This document shows, in pieces, positions 38,660 through 48,363 of a stretch of DNA of 64,000 nucleotides. The notes beneath the pieces were generated by a model. It saw only the letters and a program-made list of their open reading frames with translations. It did not search any database and was not told the origin of the DNA. Both the position numbers and the translations under genes were made by a program. How positions within the stretch are numbered: position 1 is the stretch's first letter; each line of letters opens with the position of its first letter. Location of the stretch: IMG/VR virus record IMGVR_UViG_3300040801_002079, positions 248,001 to 312,000 of that record. One strand, written 5' to 3'.

Positions 38660-38667
38660 TATAAATA
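38660..38667 (+). promoter_or_regulatory. Late promoter
   Basis: TATAAATA upstream of ATG 38698. Confidence 0.78.
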
Positions 38668-38697
38668 GTTAAAGAACCATTATTATGGAGTTTTTAC

Positions 38698-40431
38698 ATG
38701 AAACACAAAGTTAATGAAACCGCAGCCGCTGGGTCAGTGGGTGCACATGCAATCGCCGTTGCACCATCTCGCGTGGGAGCGACTAAAAAGAGAGACTTTA
38801 AAAGCTTCCTAGTCAGCTTTTATGATGGACTTGGAAATAAACTGCGTATGCATCCCGTAAACCTTTATAAGCTAGAACCAAACAAAAAGGTTAAGGTTGT
38901 TTCATCTGTTAATGAAAACTTCAATTTAGACAGCGTATTAGCTCAACTCAGTAATTTTGAAAATAAAACCAATGCTACCGAAGAGGATGTAGTTTCATAC
39001 GGTGTTGAAGATGATAAGGGCAACCTAATGAAGGTTACCATTCTCAATACACAAGCAGAAGATTTCGAGGCGTACATATCCGCATATTTGTCAGAATTAA
39101 AAAACTTTGAAAATAGTGGCGTAGATTTAGAGGACATTTCACTCGCGGAACTTTTATATAAACTAAAAGACCTTTTCGATATAAGAGATGTTGAATTCCC
39201 CAACATTCCGGAAGATGTAGTATATAATGCGGATGAAGTCAGCGATAGTGTTGAAGATTTACAGCAAGCTGATGAATTCGGTGACGAAGACATGGGTGAG
39301 TTTGGTGACGAAGAATTTGGCGACGAAGATATGGGCGAATTCGGTGACGAGGGGTTTGACGAAGGCGAATTCGAAGGGGAAGATTTTGGTGACGAAGAGT
39401 TAGGTGACGAAGAATTTGGAGAAGAAGGCTTTGAAGATGATGAATCCGTAGAAGACTTTGAAGAGTTCGAAGATGAATCCGATACTCAGTCATTACTCAA
39501 TAGCATTATTGATATGCTAAAAACTCAGGCTGAAGAGCAAAAGGCACGTTATGAGGCTGATGCTGAAAGGTATAGAGCGGATCAGGCAGAATTTTCAGCT
39601 AGAGCGGCGGAAGCAAAGCTAGCAGATGCGGAAGAAATGATTGCAATGCAGGCAGAGAAGGATAAGCAGAAACAGCAAGAGAAGGAAGCTAAGAAACATG
39701 CTGATCTTGCCACTTATCGTTACAAGAGAAGCAGGGGCATGTTGGATGACGCTAATCCCACATTTGAAGGATTCGATGATGATAGCTTATTAATGGACGC
39801 AGTACTTAATGAGGAAGATATTGTAATTGATCCATCATTACTACGGCGTGAATATATGGTTGAACGCAGGAAGATAATGGATGCCATTAATAATGCAGAA
39901 AATGATGAAGAAAAGAAGGCCCTACAAAAGCAGCTTCAGCTTCTTCCTCGTAAGTATATGATAAAACGTCAAGAGGCCGAAGCAAGGGGAGAGCAGAAGG
40001 ACGCTCAGAGATTAGATAATAACAGGGAAGAAGAAGAGCAGAACAATCAAAATCGCCCACAAGACCCACGAGCGCAACAGCAACAGGCGCAAAGTGGTCA
40101 GTATATGGAAAGCTCTGAGTACATCATCGAAACAATATCAGAAGAAGAATATGAAAAGCTGGAAGAGGGTGCCAAACGTCAGTTCAAGCGTTACGGGAAT
40201 AAGTTTGTAAGAAAATTCCGTTGTTATGGTGGACCAAAAGATGGACGTATGGTATCTAAAGCGGCTGATTGTGGAATCAGGAAAGACCCGTTTAAGGTTC
40301 GTCAGGGCAAAAGAAGTGCCAGAAGAAAGAAGGGGCAGCGTGTTCGTAAGACCAGATTAACTAAAAGAAAGGCTCCTTCACAGAGAGTAACCCGTATGAA
40401 TAAAATATTACGAGGGGACAAGAAGGGATAA
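38698..40431 (+). CDS. Probable prohead core/internal protein with acidic repeat and basic C-terminus (577 aa)
   Basis: Late promoter at 38660; several (V/L)NE and LEE sites; (DEEFG)n tract; coiled coil; Arg/Lys-rich C-terminal domain. Confidence 0.55.
   Translation: MKHKVNETAAAGSVGAHAIAVAPSRVGATKKRDFKSFLVSFYDGLGNKLRMHPVNLYKLEPNKKVKVVSSVNENFNLDSVLAQLSNFENKTNATEEDVVSYGVEDDKGNLMKVTILNTQAEDFEAYISAYLSELKNFENSGVDLEDISLAELLYKLKDLFDIRDVEFPNIPEDVVYNADEVSDSVEDLQQADEFGDEDMGEFGDEEFGDEDMGEFGDEGFDEGEFEGEDFGDEELGDEEFGEEGFEDDESVEDFEEFEDESDTQSLLNSIIDMLKTQAEEQKARYEADAERYRADQAEFSARAAEAKLADAEEMIAMQAEKDKQKQQEKEAKKHADLATYRYKRSRGMLDDANPTFEGFDDDSLLMDAVLNEEDIVIDPSLLRREYMVERRKIMDAINNAENDEEKKALQKQLQLLPRKYMIKRQEAEARGEQKDAQRLDNNREEEEQNNQNRPQDPRAQQQQAQSGQYMESSEYIIETISEEEYEKLEEGAKRQFKRYGNKFVRKFRCYGGPKDGRMVSKAADCGIRKDPFKVRQGKRSARRKKGQRVRKTRLTKRKAPSQRVTRMNKILRGDKKG
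39271..39480 (+). repeat. Coding acidic pentapeptide repeats (GDEEF/GDEDM)
   Basis: Degenerate 15-bp units such as GGTGACGAAGAATTT. Confidence 0.85.
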
Positions 40432-40433
40432 GC

Positions 40434-40967
40434 ATGACAACATTTTCATCTATAAATGAACTTGAGGAATGGTTAAAAGAATCTGAACTTGACATTAAAG
40501 ATGTTGAGGTCAGGAGAATCATAAAAGAAGAAAATGAGCTAACCTCAGTTACCAGTGATACCATTACCATAACATCGACAGATAATGCTAACCAGACATG
40601 GGTGGCATCGGACAATATTAGTACATCAGTTTCAGTTCCTTCCGTATTTTCAACGGAAGATATAAAGGTTGAGGTTAAATCGTTATCTGAGCAACCCGCA
40701 TATAAAATTATGCCATTATCCGAAGGCGCTGATTCCGATAGTGAAAATGTATGGTTTGTTGATGATTATGAGTCGGTGGAAGGTGCATGTTCGACAAGTA
40801 AGATTCTATATAAGGGATCAACTCTACTCATGAATGTCTGCGAATCAGAGGGTGTATCCAAGGTTTCACTGATTTTAGAAATAGATGGAGAAATCAAACG
40901 AGTTCCATTTAAGCTTGAAAAGGCTTGCCAATCATGTGAGGATCATGATATGATTATTTCCTTATAA
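40434..40967 (+). CDS. Hypothetical protein (177 aa)
   Basis: ORF tightly packed in operon; no recognisable motif. Confidence 0.6.
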   Translation: MTTFSSINELEEWLKESELDIKDVEVRRIIKEENELTSVTSDTITITSTDNANQTWVASDNISTSVSVPSVFSTEDIKVEVKSLSEQPAYKIMPLSEGADSDSENVWFVDDYESVEGACSTSKILYKGSTLLMNVCESEGVSKVSLILEIDGEIKRVPFKLEKACQSCEDHDMIISL

Positions 40968-40978
40968 GGGAAATTATC

Positions 40979-41593
40979 ATGAAAAATCCGTTCTTAATCT
41001 TTGAGAATTTTATATCTCCACTTCAGTGTGAAGATATAATTATAGGCAATAACAACACCTTTCCTAATCTTGATAAACACAATAAGGTGCAGCCACTCTA
41101 TTCTCGCAATGGGCTGGCTGAGACGCGAATATTACCTCAAGTTAAAGCAGAAGTTATTCCACGAGTTGAAGAATATTACGATGTGGAGGTTAAAGGCATT
41201 ACCCCGTTTATGATGGAATGGTATGCCGCAGGATACGAAGGAACCAATAAACCTCGTTGCGAAAACTCCATATATCTAAATGGAAAATGGCAAAGATCAA
41301 ACAATAATGATTTTACTGCCGTTATTTTCTTAAACGATTATAATGATGAAACTCCATTTGATGATGAGTATGAAGTTTTTGGTGGACAATTAGAGTTTAT
41401 AACACACGGATTTAGCTTCAACCCCCAACGTGGAACATTGATTATATTCCCCGGTGCCCCTAATTTCATAAACAATACAGCAGAAGTTAAGGCAGGAGAA
41501 TTAACCCAAATACGATTCCATATTGCAACCCACGAACTTTTTGTGTATGATATGGAAAAATTCAAAGGCAACTTTGAAACATGGTTTAAATAA
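40979..41593 (+). CDS. 2OG-Fe(II) oxygenase-fold protein (P4H-like), metal ligands apparently lost
   Basis: FENFISP..C, FTAVIFLND, GGQLEF, PQRGTLIIFP; HxD position reads RCE and distal His reads N. Confidence 0.75.
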   Translation: MKNPFLIFENFISPLQCEDIIIGNNNTFPNLDKHNKVQPLYSRNGLAETRILPQVKAEVIPRVEEYYDVEVKGITPFMMEWYAAGYEGTNKPRCENSIYLNGKWQRSNNNDFTAVIFLNDYNDETPFDDEYEVFGGQLEFITHGFSFNPQRGTLIIFPGAPNFINNTAEVKAGELTQIRFHIATHELFVYDMEKFKGNFETWFK

Positions 41594-41604
41594 AGGAGAT
41601 TAAA

Positions 41605-41886
41605 ATGACCGATTTACTAGACACTGATTTTGTTCCATCCGATCCAGCAATTCGCAAACAGGTTCGAGACGCGATCTTTGAAGCTGCGGGATTGAAGCAG
41701 ATACAGAAGGATAAGGGTGACCAGATTAAAGACATCGTTGATATGCTTTATGATGATCACGGCATTCCAAAGAAGACCTCGCGTAAGGCAATCATGATTG
41801 CGTTCAAGGACAACTATCAGGAAACTACCGTTGAAAATAGTATGCTTGAAGTTTTCGTTGAAAATGTAGGAATTGTTAATAACTAA
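41605..41886 (+). CDS. dsDNA-binding protein (T4 DsbA-like)
   Basis: Small helical protein, DAIFEA...IKDIVD.L.DDHGIPKK..RKAI..AFK pattern. Confidence 0.6.
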   Translation: MTDLLDTDFVPSDPAIRKQVRDAIFEAAGLKQIQKDKGDQIKDIVDMLYDDHGIPKKTSRKAIMIAFKDNYQETTVENSMLEVFVENVGIVNN

Positions 41887-44505
41887 ATGTATATCTCATC
41901 GATGCTTTCTCCAGACTACACTAGTGTTGTAGTCTGGGAACGCAATGGCAATAAAAGAGAAAGAAAGACTTACGATCTTGACCTGTCCTTTTATATTCCA
42001 CATGAGGATGGGACGGATGAGGACATCTATGGCAATAAGCTTAAGAAGTTAACATTCGATACATTACGAGATTACAACAATGCTCGTAAAATGTATAAGG
42101 ATCGCGGTAAACAACTCTACGAGTCCGACATTTCTGTAGAGCAAAAGGTAATGTCCAAGCACTATTACGGTGCTGAAATGGGACCACTCAATATTACATT
42201 TTTTGATATTGAGGTCGATTATTGCAAAGATAGGGGGTTCTCCAGTGTGGAGCACCCCTACGCTCCCATTAGCTCTATAGCGTTATATCATTTACATACG
42301 CATAAGCGTGTCATTTTTGCTGTGCCCCCGCAATACAGTCCGTATGAGCCAACGGAAAAAGAATACACCATTGATGATATTAGTGAAAACGTTACATCAA
42401 AGGCTAAAATTGTTATATGTAAAAGCGAAAGAGAATTACTAGACGCATTTTTGCGTGAAATTCAAGACACTGATTTGATTTCGGGATGGAACTCTGATTA
42501 TTTCGATATTCCATATACGTATAAAAGAATTAGAGATGTTCTGGGTAAACGAAGTTTACCCCGCATGTGTTTCCCCGATAGTAAGTCTCCCACGATACGA
42601 CCCGTTGAGCGAGAAGTTACACAAGGATTCAAAGTCACGGAAGAGGTTGTTCGCCTATTCGGAAGAACCACGGTTGACTACAAATTAATATATGAAAAAT
42701 TTGAGCGTGAGAATAAAGCATCTTACGCATTGGCCTATATTGCGGAAGAAGAATTCCCCGATATGCGCAAACTGGAATACGAAGGATCACTATACGATCT
42801 TTATAGATCAGACTTTAGTTATTACCTAGAGTACAACATGATTGATACTGAGATTCTAGTAGAGTTAGAGGAAAAGAAAAAGTATATAGCGCTTACATTG
42901 CAGTCATCTCATATGGCTACAGGACAGGTGGCTCAAATCTATGGAACTATTAAGCTAGCAGAACTTGCTATTATCAATTATTGTCATTATGAATTGAACA
43001 AGCGAGTGCCAGATTCAAAGAACCACGATTACTTCTCTAAGTATGGCGGAGCCTTCGTACTGGACTGCCAAAGAGGGGAACATAAAATGGTGGGGTCAGT
43101 TGACGTTGAATCTCTGTATCCAACGGGTATCATGAGCGTCAATGCTAGTCCCGAAACCATCATAGGACAATTTGAAGATAATGAACTAGCATATGCTGCG
43201 ATAGCTGATGCAACCGGAGAAGAGTTATCGTTTGCATATGAAAACGGAGATGTTGCTGTAAAAACAACGGAAGAGTGGAGGCAACTCTTTAAGGATAAGA
43301 ATTATACACTGAGTGGATATGGAACCGTATTTGATCAGAATAATAAGGGTGTAATTCCCGCTGTTCTTGAATCATGGTTTGCAGAACGGCGACAGTATAA
43401 AGGTGAGCTTGCAAAATATAAAGATGAGCTTGAAGCGTTAGATAAAAGCGATCCAAAATATAATGAAGTTAAAGAGAAAACGGAATTTTATGATAGGTTA
43501 CAGTATATTAAAAAAATTCAGCTTAACTCACTATATGGATGCATGGGTAACAAATTTTTCAAATTCTTTGATATACGCTTAGCCGAAACAACAACCAAAA
43601 CAGGACGAGAAATCCTGATCCATATGGCGAAGCATATTGGAGAAACCCTTGATGGTGAGTATACATTCCCCACGGATTCTGTTGTATATGGCGATACCGA
43701 TAGCTGCTATTTTAAAACACACACTGATAACATAAATGATGCTAAACGAGTGTGTACGTACATTGAAAACTCTATTAATAAGAGTTTCCCTGTATTCATG
43801 AAAGAACGTTTCTTCTGTGACGATCAAAGAGCAAGCAGGGCAAGAGTTGAAAGTGAAATCATTTCTGATATTGGAATTTTTGTAAGTAAGAAGATATACT
43901 TACTACATCTGGTTCACAGTGATGGACAGGATGTTGACAAAATGAAGATTATGGGTCATGCTGTAAAGAAGACAAATATTACAAAGACCGTTAAAACTCA
44001 TTTAACTGAAATTTTAGAAAGTTATTTTAAAACTCATGATTGGGCTAAGTTTAATAAGGATATTGTCAAGTTTAAAAAGTTCTTAGAACACGATGCATCA
44101 ATTGAAGATATTGGGTTGCCCGGAAAGGTTAATAAGGTTGAACCTTATACAGAACAGTTCAACGCTGATCCAAACGCCCGCTTGCCCGGAAGACAGAGTG
44201 CTGCAATTTTTTGGAATATATGTCTGGATAAGTATGAAGATTTAGAATCACCAAAAATAACAAGCCAGATGGCAGTGCGAACATATTACTTAGATATGGA
44301 ATTTGGTAGATTTGGAAGTATCGCAGTTCCATCAGATTTGGTTACCATACCAGACTGGTTTAAGGAAAATTTTGTTCCAATTATTGATGTAGACAAACAG
44401 ATTAATAGGTTGGTTGATAAAACTCTTACCAATATATGCGAAGCTGTAGGAAAATTGGTTCCCACTGACAAGGCTGTATTGGCAGATGAACTATTGGTAT
44501 ATTAG
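41887..44505 (+). CDS. gp43: Family B DNA polymerase
   Basis: Exo FDIE, GWNSDYFDIPY, YNMID; pol DVESLYP, KIQLNSLYG, YGDTDS; uninterrupted. Confidence 0.97.
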   Translation: MYISSMLSPDYTSVVVWERNGNKRERKTYDLDLSFYIPHEDGTDEDIYGNKLKKLTFDTLRDYNNARKMYKDRGKQLYESDISVEQKVMSKHYYGAEMGPLNITFFDIEVDYCKDRGFSSVEHPYAPISSIALYHLHTHKRVIFAVPPQYSPYEPTEKEYTIDDISENVTSKAKIVICKSERELLDAFLREIQDTDLISGWNSDYFDIPYTYKRIRDVLGKRSLPRMCFPDSKSPTIRPVEREVTQGFKVTEEVVRLFGRTTVDYKLIYEKFERENKASYALAYIAEEEFPDMRKLEYEGSLYDLYRSDFSYYLEYNMIDTEILVELEEKKKYIALTLQSSHMATGQVAQIYGTIKLAELAIINYCHYELNKRVPDSKNHDYFSKYGGAFVLDCQRGEHKMVGSVDVESLYPTGIMSVNASPETIIGQFEDNELAYAAIADATGEELSFAYENGDVAVKTTEEWRQLFKDKNYTLSGYGTVFDQNNKGVIPAVLESWFAERRQYKGELAKYKDELEALDKSDPKYNEVKEKTEFYDRLQYIKKIQLNSLYGCMGNKFFKFFDIRLAETTTKTGREILIHMAKHIGETLDGEYTFPTDSVVYGDTDSCYFKTHTDNINDAKRVCTYIENSINKSFPVFMKERFFCDDQRASRARVESEIISDIGIFVSKKIYLLHLVHSDGQDVDKMKIMGHAVKKTNITKTVKTHLTEILESYFKTHDWAKFNKDIVKFKKFLEHDASIEDIGLPGKVNKVEPYTEQFNADPNARLPGRQSAAIFWNICLDKYEDLESPKITSQMAVRTYYLDMEFGRFGSIAVPSDLVTIPDWFKENFVPIIDVDKQINRLVDKTLTNICEAVGKLVPTDKAVLADELLVY

Positions 44506-44507
44506 AT

Positions 44508-45245
44508 ATGATTAAATTATCAGAAAAAACATTAAAGATTATTAATGACATTATAGATGTTGGGCAACTATTCAACATCGGTGTCTTCATTCTTGATAAG
44601 AATGGCATTAGAGCTAAAGCAGAAGAATCTTACATATTCTTAATGAAGCATCAACCACTTGATTTTTTGGAATTCGATTCTCTATGTATTAGTCGAGTTT
44701 CGGATTTTAAAACACGAATAAAGTTCATGGAAAGCACCAGTGGAAAGAGTGGGTTTGATATTTTCGCGGCAGAAACTAAGACCCTTGATTCTGGTGACAA
44801 TATTGTATTAAAGCTACGACTAATTTCTGATAGAACGAGTGTCGAAATAACGGGAGACAACGGAGCCAAGCACCAGCTTCCGAAACAGGTGAATGATGAA
44901 GATATGGTATCCTTTACTCTCAGTCATGATAGTATTGAAGTTCTCAGTAAATTACCCCGAGCAATTCAGAATAAAAATAAGGCTCTAAATATTAAAATGG
45001 TTAATGGGATTGTTGTCGCATCGTCACGCGATGTTCACCGTGATTACGTACAGCACATTATATCTGAATCTCCTGAATTTATGGGAGATTCAGAACCATT
45101 CGACTTCACATACAACTTAACTAATATTGTTCCAATGATCAGAGGCAGAATGAGTCTGGATGTAACATTAACCAAACGGGGAGTTATGCGTACAACATTA
45201 AATGATATTGATGTCGCTATATTCCCTGAAAAAATTGCAGACTAA
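44508..45245 (+). CDS. Probable sliding clamp (gp45/PCNA-like)
   Basis: 245 aa, directly after polymerase, starts MIKLSEKTLKII like gp45, alternating beta/alpha pattern. Confidence 0.55.
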   Translation: MIKLSEKTLKIINDIIDVGQLFNIGVFILDKNGIRAKAEESYIFLMKHQPLDFLEFDSLCISRVSDFKTRIKFMESTSGKSGFDIFAAETKTLDSGDNIVLKLRLISDRTSVEITGDNGAKHQLPKQVNDEDMVSFTLSHDSIEVLSKLPRAIQNKNKALNIKMVNGIVVASSRDVHRDYVQHIISESPEFMGDSEPFDFTYNLTNIVPMIRGRMSLDVTLTKRGVMRTTLNDIDVAIFPEKIAD

Positions 45246-45254
45246 GGAGACGGT

Positions 45255-45635
45255 ATGTTTAAATCAACCGAAAATAAGTTAAAAGAGTTACTTGCTGATT
45301 ATAAATCCACTTTGTTAGAAGATGCTGAATTTATGTCAAAACTTGGAAAGGCTGTTGAAACTGCTAGAGCAGTTGAAGTTTCCAAGATGCGTGAGCGTAA
45401 GCTCGAAGAGTTTACAGAAAAAGAGCTTGAAATGGAAAACTCAGCGGAACCATGGTGTGATATGATGGTGATAGGCGTTGATGATACGCGAGGAGTTGCC
45501 ATAAGAACCGGATGGAACACAGCCTTCATAAAATATCTAAAAGAAAATGGGTTTACCGGGGAAGATGAAGAGGCAATTGTGCAGCACTGGATCGGAAGGC
45601 TGGGTATAGAAACCATGCTGGACGATTATGACTAA
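45255..45635 (+). CDS. Hypothetical protein (126 aa)
   Basis: AAGGAG RBS; EPW...WNTAFIKYLKENGFTG.DEEAIVQHW. Confidence 0.7.
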   Translation: MFKSTENKLKELLADYKSTLLEDAEFMSKLGKAVETARAVEVSKMRERKLEEFTEKELEMENSAEPWCDMMVIGVDDTRGVAIRTGWNTAFIKYLKENGFTGEDEEAIVQHWIGRLGIETMLDDYD

Positions 45636-46653
45636 ACTGAAAAACCTAATAATTGATGGTAATGCAGTCCTCTATAAGTATTTTTTTGGATACAAAAAAT
45701 ACGACATAGATGACATTATTGCTGTCGCCCATGTAAACACTCTATACAAAATACAATATTTGGCAAACCGATATAAGGTTGACAACATTGTTGTAGTATT
45801 TGATTGTTTTAATAAGGGATGGAGAAAGGTATATACTAGTAATTTAAATCCCGAAAAGGTAACACATAGACCTTATAAAGCGGGCAGAAGAGAAAATCTC
45901 TCTCCGAGCGACGAAAAGAAATTAAAAGAGTTTGATGCAAGCATCCACAGATATGTGGATTTCTTTAAAACTCAAACTTCTGTGCTATGCTTGCAAGGCA
46001 ATTCACTAGAGGGTGATGATTTAATTGCGGGATATGTACGCCGCTTTCCCAATGATGATCACATTATCTACAGTTCTGATAAAGACTTTATGCAGCTAAT
46101 CAACAGCATTACTGGAACAGTAACTCTTGTTGAAAGTCAGAATGACACTGAGCGTAGTTTAGAAGACTGGAATAATGATCCTGAGTTGTTTCTTTTTGAA
46201 AAATGTTTCAGGGGGGAACCAAGGGGCGGGGATAATGTGCAAAACGCTTATCCCCGGCTTCTCAAGAAAAAAATATTCGCGGCTTATGAGGATGATTATT
46301 TAAAAAATAATATTTTTAACAACACATTTGTTGTAACTGAACTAGATGATGATGATAATGTTATTGAGTATAATTATAGAACCGGAGATTTATTTAAAGA
46401 AAATAAATTATTAATGGGTTTGAATCATCAACCTGATTACATCAAGGGATTAATTGATGTGACGATAGATGAAGGAATAAAGGATATTGGTAAATTCAAT
46501 TATGTTCAGTTTTTAAGATTTTGTAAACAGCATGGCATGGATGCAGCGATAAAAGAAAAGGAAAAATTTATCGATGTTCTATCAAGACCTTATCGATTAT
46601 CATCGTCTGGGTCATTATCCGGTGCAGCATCCCCCCAGAAGCCCTCAGATTGA
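45628..46653 (+). CDS. rnh: RNase H / 5'-3' flap exonuclease (T4 rnh-like)
   Basis: IIDGN, VVFD, WRK, YKAGR, EGDDLIA, SSDKDFMQL, GE..GDNV. Confidence 0.9.
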   Translation: MTKLKNLIIDGNAVLYKYFFGYKKYDIDDIIAVAHVNTLYKIQYLANRYKVDNIVVVFDCFNKGWRKVYTSNLNPEKVTHRPYKAGRRENLSPSDEKKLKEFDASIHRYVDFFKTQTSVLCLQGNSLEGDDLIAGYVRRFPNDDHIIYSSDKDFMQLINSITGTVTLVESQNDTERSLEDWNNDPELFLFEKCFRGEPRGGDNVQNAYPRLLKKKIFAAYEDDYLKNNIFNNTFVVTELDDDDNVIEYNYRTGDLFKENKLLMGLNHQPDYIKGLIDVTIDEGIKDIGKFNYVQFLRFCKQHGMDAAIKEKEKFIDVLSRPYRLSSSGSLSGAASPQKPSD

Positions 46654-47198
46654 TTCTGAGCGGGCTGGGGACCATACGGCGCATCATCTTCCGTTTGATA
46701 TGGTCCATACGGTCTGTGAGGCGTAGGTGGCGCATACGGCTTATGTGGAGTGTATGGATTATGTGGCTTGTGGGGGTTATATGGATTATGCGGCGTATTG
46801 GGCTGAATTCCCGGAGTAGGGAATGGATTGTCAGGATGGGTAACATCATACGGCAAACCTCTTTCCCATTTTCTTCCCGTTGCAACATATAGTCCAAAAA
46901 TGCCAGTAGACAATCCTATAATGGTTGTTACAAATGTAGATTGAGCCGCCGTGGGACCGCCAACAATATCAATCACTGAACATGCCATTACTTTGGCTTC
47001 TTCTAGACTGAGGCCCCGTTCCATGAGCACACCAAGCACTCCTGCATCACATTGTTCGTTGATATAGGTGGGAATCGACTTGTACCATAGATACAAATTG
47101 AAAACTAATGTTGCATACAGAATTAGTATAACTCTTGGTATTATTCTCCAAGCATCTACGCTTTCTGCGATGACTAGCGAGATACGTCTAAAATCCAT
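46590..47198 (-). CDS. Two-TM membrane protein with Pro/His/Tyr-repeat tail
   Basis: DAWRIIPRVILILYATLVFNLYLWY and PTAAQSTFVTTIIGLSTGIFGLYV hydrophobic segments; start placed at ATG 47198 because the promoter lies at 47207-47214. Confidence 0.7.
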   Translation of the reverse strand: MDFRRISLVIAESVDAWRIIPRVILILYATLVFNLYLWYKSIPTYINEQCDAGVLGVLMERGLSLEEAKVMACSVIDIVGGPTAAQSTFVTTIIGLSTGIFGLYVATGRKWERGLPYDVTHPDNPFPTPGIQPNTPHNPYNPHKPHNPYTPHKPYAPPTPHRPYGPYQTEDDAPYGPQPAQNQSEGFWGDAAPDNDPDDDNR

Positions 47199-47200
47199 AG

Positions 47201-47214
47201 TATAAATATTTATA
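47201..47214. promoter_or_regulatory. Overlapping divergent late promoters
   Basis: Perfect palindrome TATAAATATTTATA gives TATAAATA on both strands between divergent genes. Confidence 0.8.
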
Positions 47215-47230
47215 TAAAAAGGCAATTATT

Positions 47231-47947
47231 ATGGCACGACCAAGAAAAAGCTTACCCTTTGAAAAAGCAAGGGAAATTGTGAGAGCGGAAAGAATTGAGT
47301 CCGTGGCACAATATAAAAAATGGCATGACCTTAATAAACCTGCGGGATTACCCCGAAGGCCAGATCGTGCATACCATAGAGATTTTATTTCATGGAATGA
47401 TTTTCTTGGAAATGATAACCCCTTTCCTATTGTCAGAAGGACGTTCAGACCCTTTAATGAGGCACGAGCTTTCGCCCAGTCGTTAAATATATCTACACGT
47501 AAGCAATGGTTTGATATGTGCGATTCTGGGGAAAAGCCAGATGATATACCCCGAAGACCGGATTTATATTATAGAAACACACACGAATGGATTTCATGGG
47601 GCAACTTTTTGGGTGTTACAATAACATCCAGAGCGGAAACCGTAGTTAAAACTAACACAATATTCTTTATAATTTATAACCCTAAAGCGGAAAAGGATTA
47701 CTTTAGATGCGGAATAACAAATGGCGGTGCAAGTTCACTCAATGATTACCTTAGAAAAATTAATGGGCGCACAGTTTGTGCGTACTTTGTTCCAGATACG
47801 TTTAAACCAGATTCGTTCTTAGGTGATTTTAATATAGAAGAGCATTATGAATATAAGGGATACTACAGAATACCAAGCAATGAATTGACACAAGTTATGG
47901 CAAAATTATCAATTAAGTATCATAGGGTTGGTTCTCGAACAGCTTAA
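47231..47947 (+). CDS. Protein with two integrase-repeat-like units and possible GIY-YIG-like C-terminus
   Basis: Repeat F..AR......I.S..Q...W....KP..(L/I)PRRPD..Y....ISW..FLG twice; then FFIIY...RCGIT. Confidence 0.6.
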   Translation: MARPRKSLPFEKAREIVRAERIESVAQYKKWHDLNKPAGLPRRPDRAYHRDFISWNDFLGNDNPFPIVRRTFRPFNEARAFAQSLNISTRKQWFDMCDSGEKPDDIPRRPDLYYRNTHEWISWGNFLGVTITSRAETVVKTNTIFFIIYNPKAEKDYFRCGITNGGASSLNDYLRKINGRTVCAYFVPDTFKPDSFLGDFNIEEHYEYKGYYRIPSNELTQVMAKLSIKYHRVGSRTA

Positions 47948-48341
47948 AGCATTCTTTAACGATGGGAACATGTAATGTTCTACCACTTTCTAAGTATTCT
48001 TCCAATGTCATCCATTTAGTCTCTCCAGTTTCAAAGCACGGATCATCATAATCGGAATCGCTCATTGTTGACACTTCTGCGATGTAAATGTGATGGGTGG
48101 ACAGAAACTTACCGCATTTCTTAACCCACTTAATATTCTGCTCCTTTAAACCCAGTTCCTCATTTGCCTCACGCACCGCAGCCTGAAAAGGGTTTTCACC
48201 GGGATCAACTCTACCTTTTGCAATCTGAAAAACTTTACCCCCATATTTCTCATCTGATGGCATCATAAACATCATATGAACCTGATCATCATCAGACCTG
48301 AAAAATGGTATAAGTCCTGCTCTTTCCTGTTTTTTACTCAT
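47913..48341 (-). CDS. Nudix hydrolase
   Basis: Nudix box GRVDPGENPFQAAVREANEELGL. Confidence 0.93.
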   Translation of the reverse strand: MSKKQERAGLIPFFRSDDDQVHMMFMMPSDEKYGGKVFQIAKGRVDPGENPFQAAVREANEELGLKEQNIKWVKKCGKFLSTHHIYIAEVSTMSDSDYDDPCFETGETKWMTLEEYLESGRTLHVPIVKECFKLFENQPYDT

Positions 48342-48363
48342 AGTGACACATCATTTTTTTGAA

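Noticed and set aside
40979-41593. Active prolyl hydroxylase partnering the GT60
   Set aside because: HxD...H iron ligands and the 2OG-binding Arg appear substituted.
41887-44505. Intein or intron in the DNA polymerase
   Set aside because: Motifs are normally spaced in 872 aa; no insertion seen.
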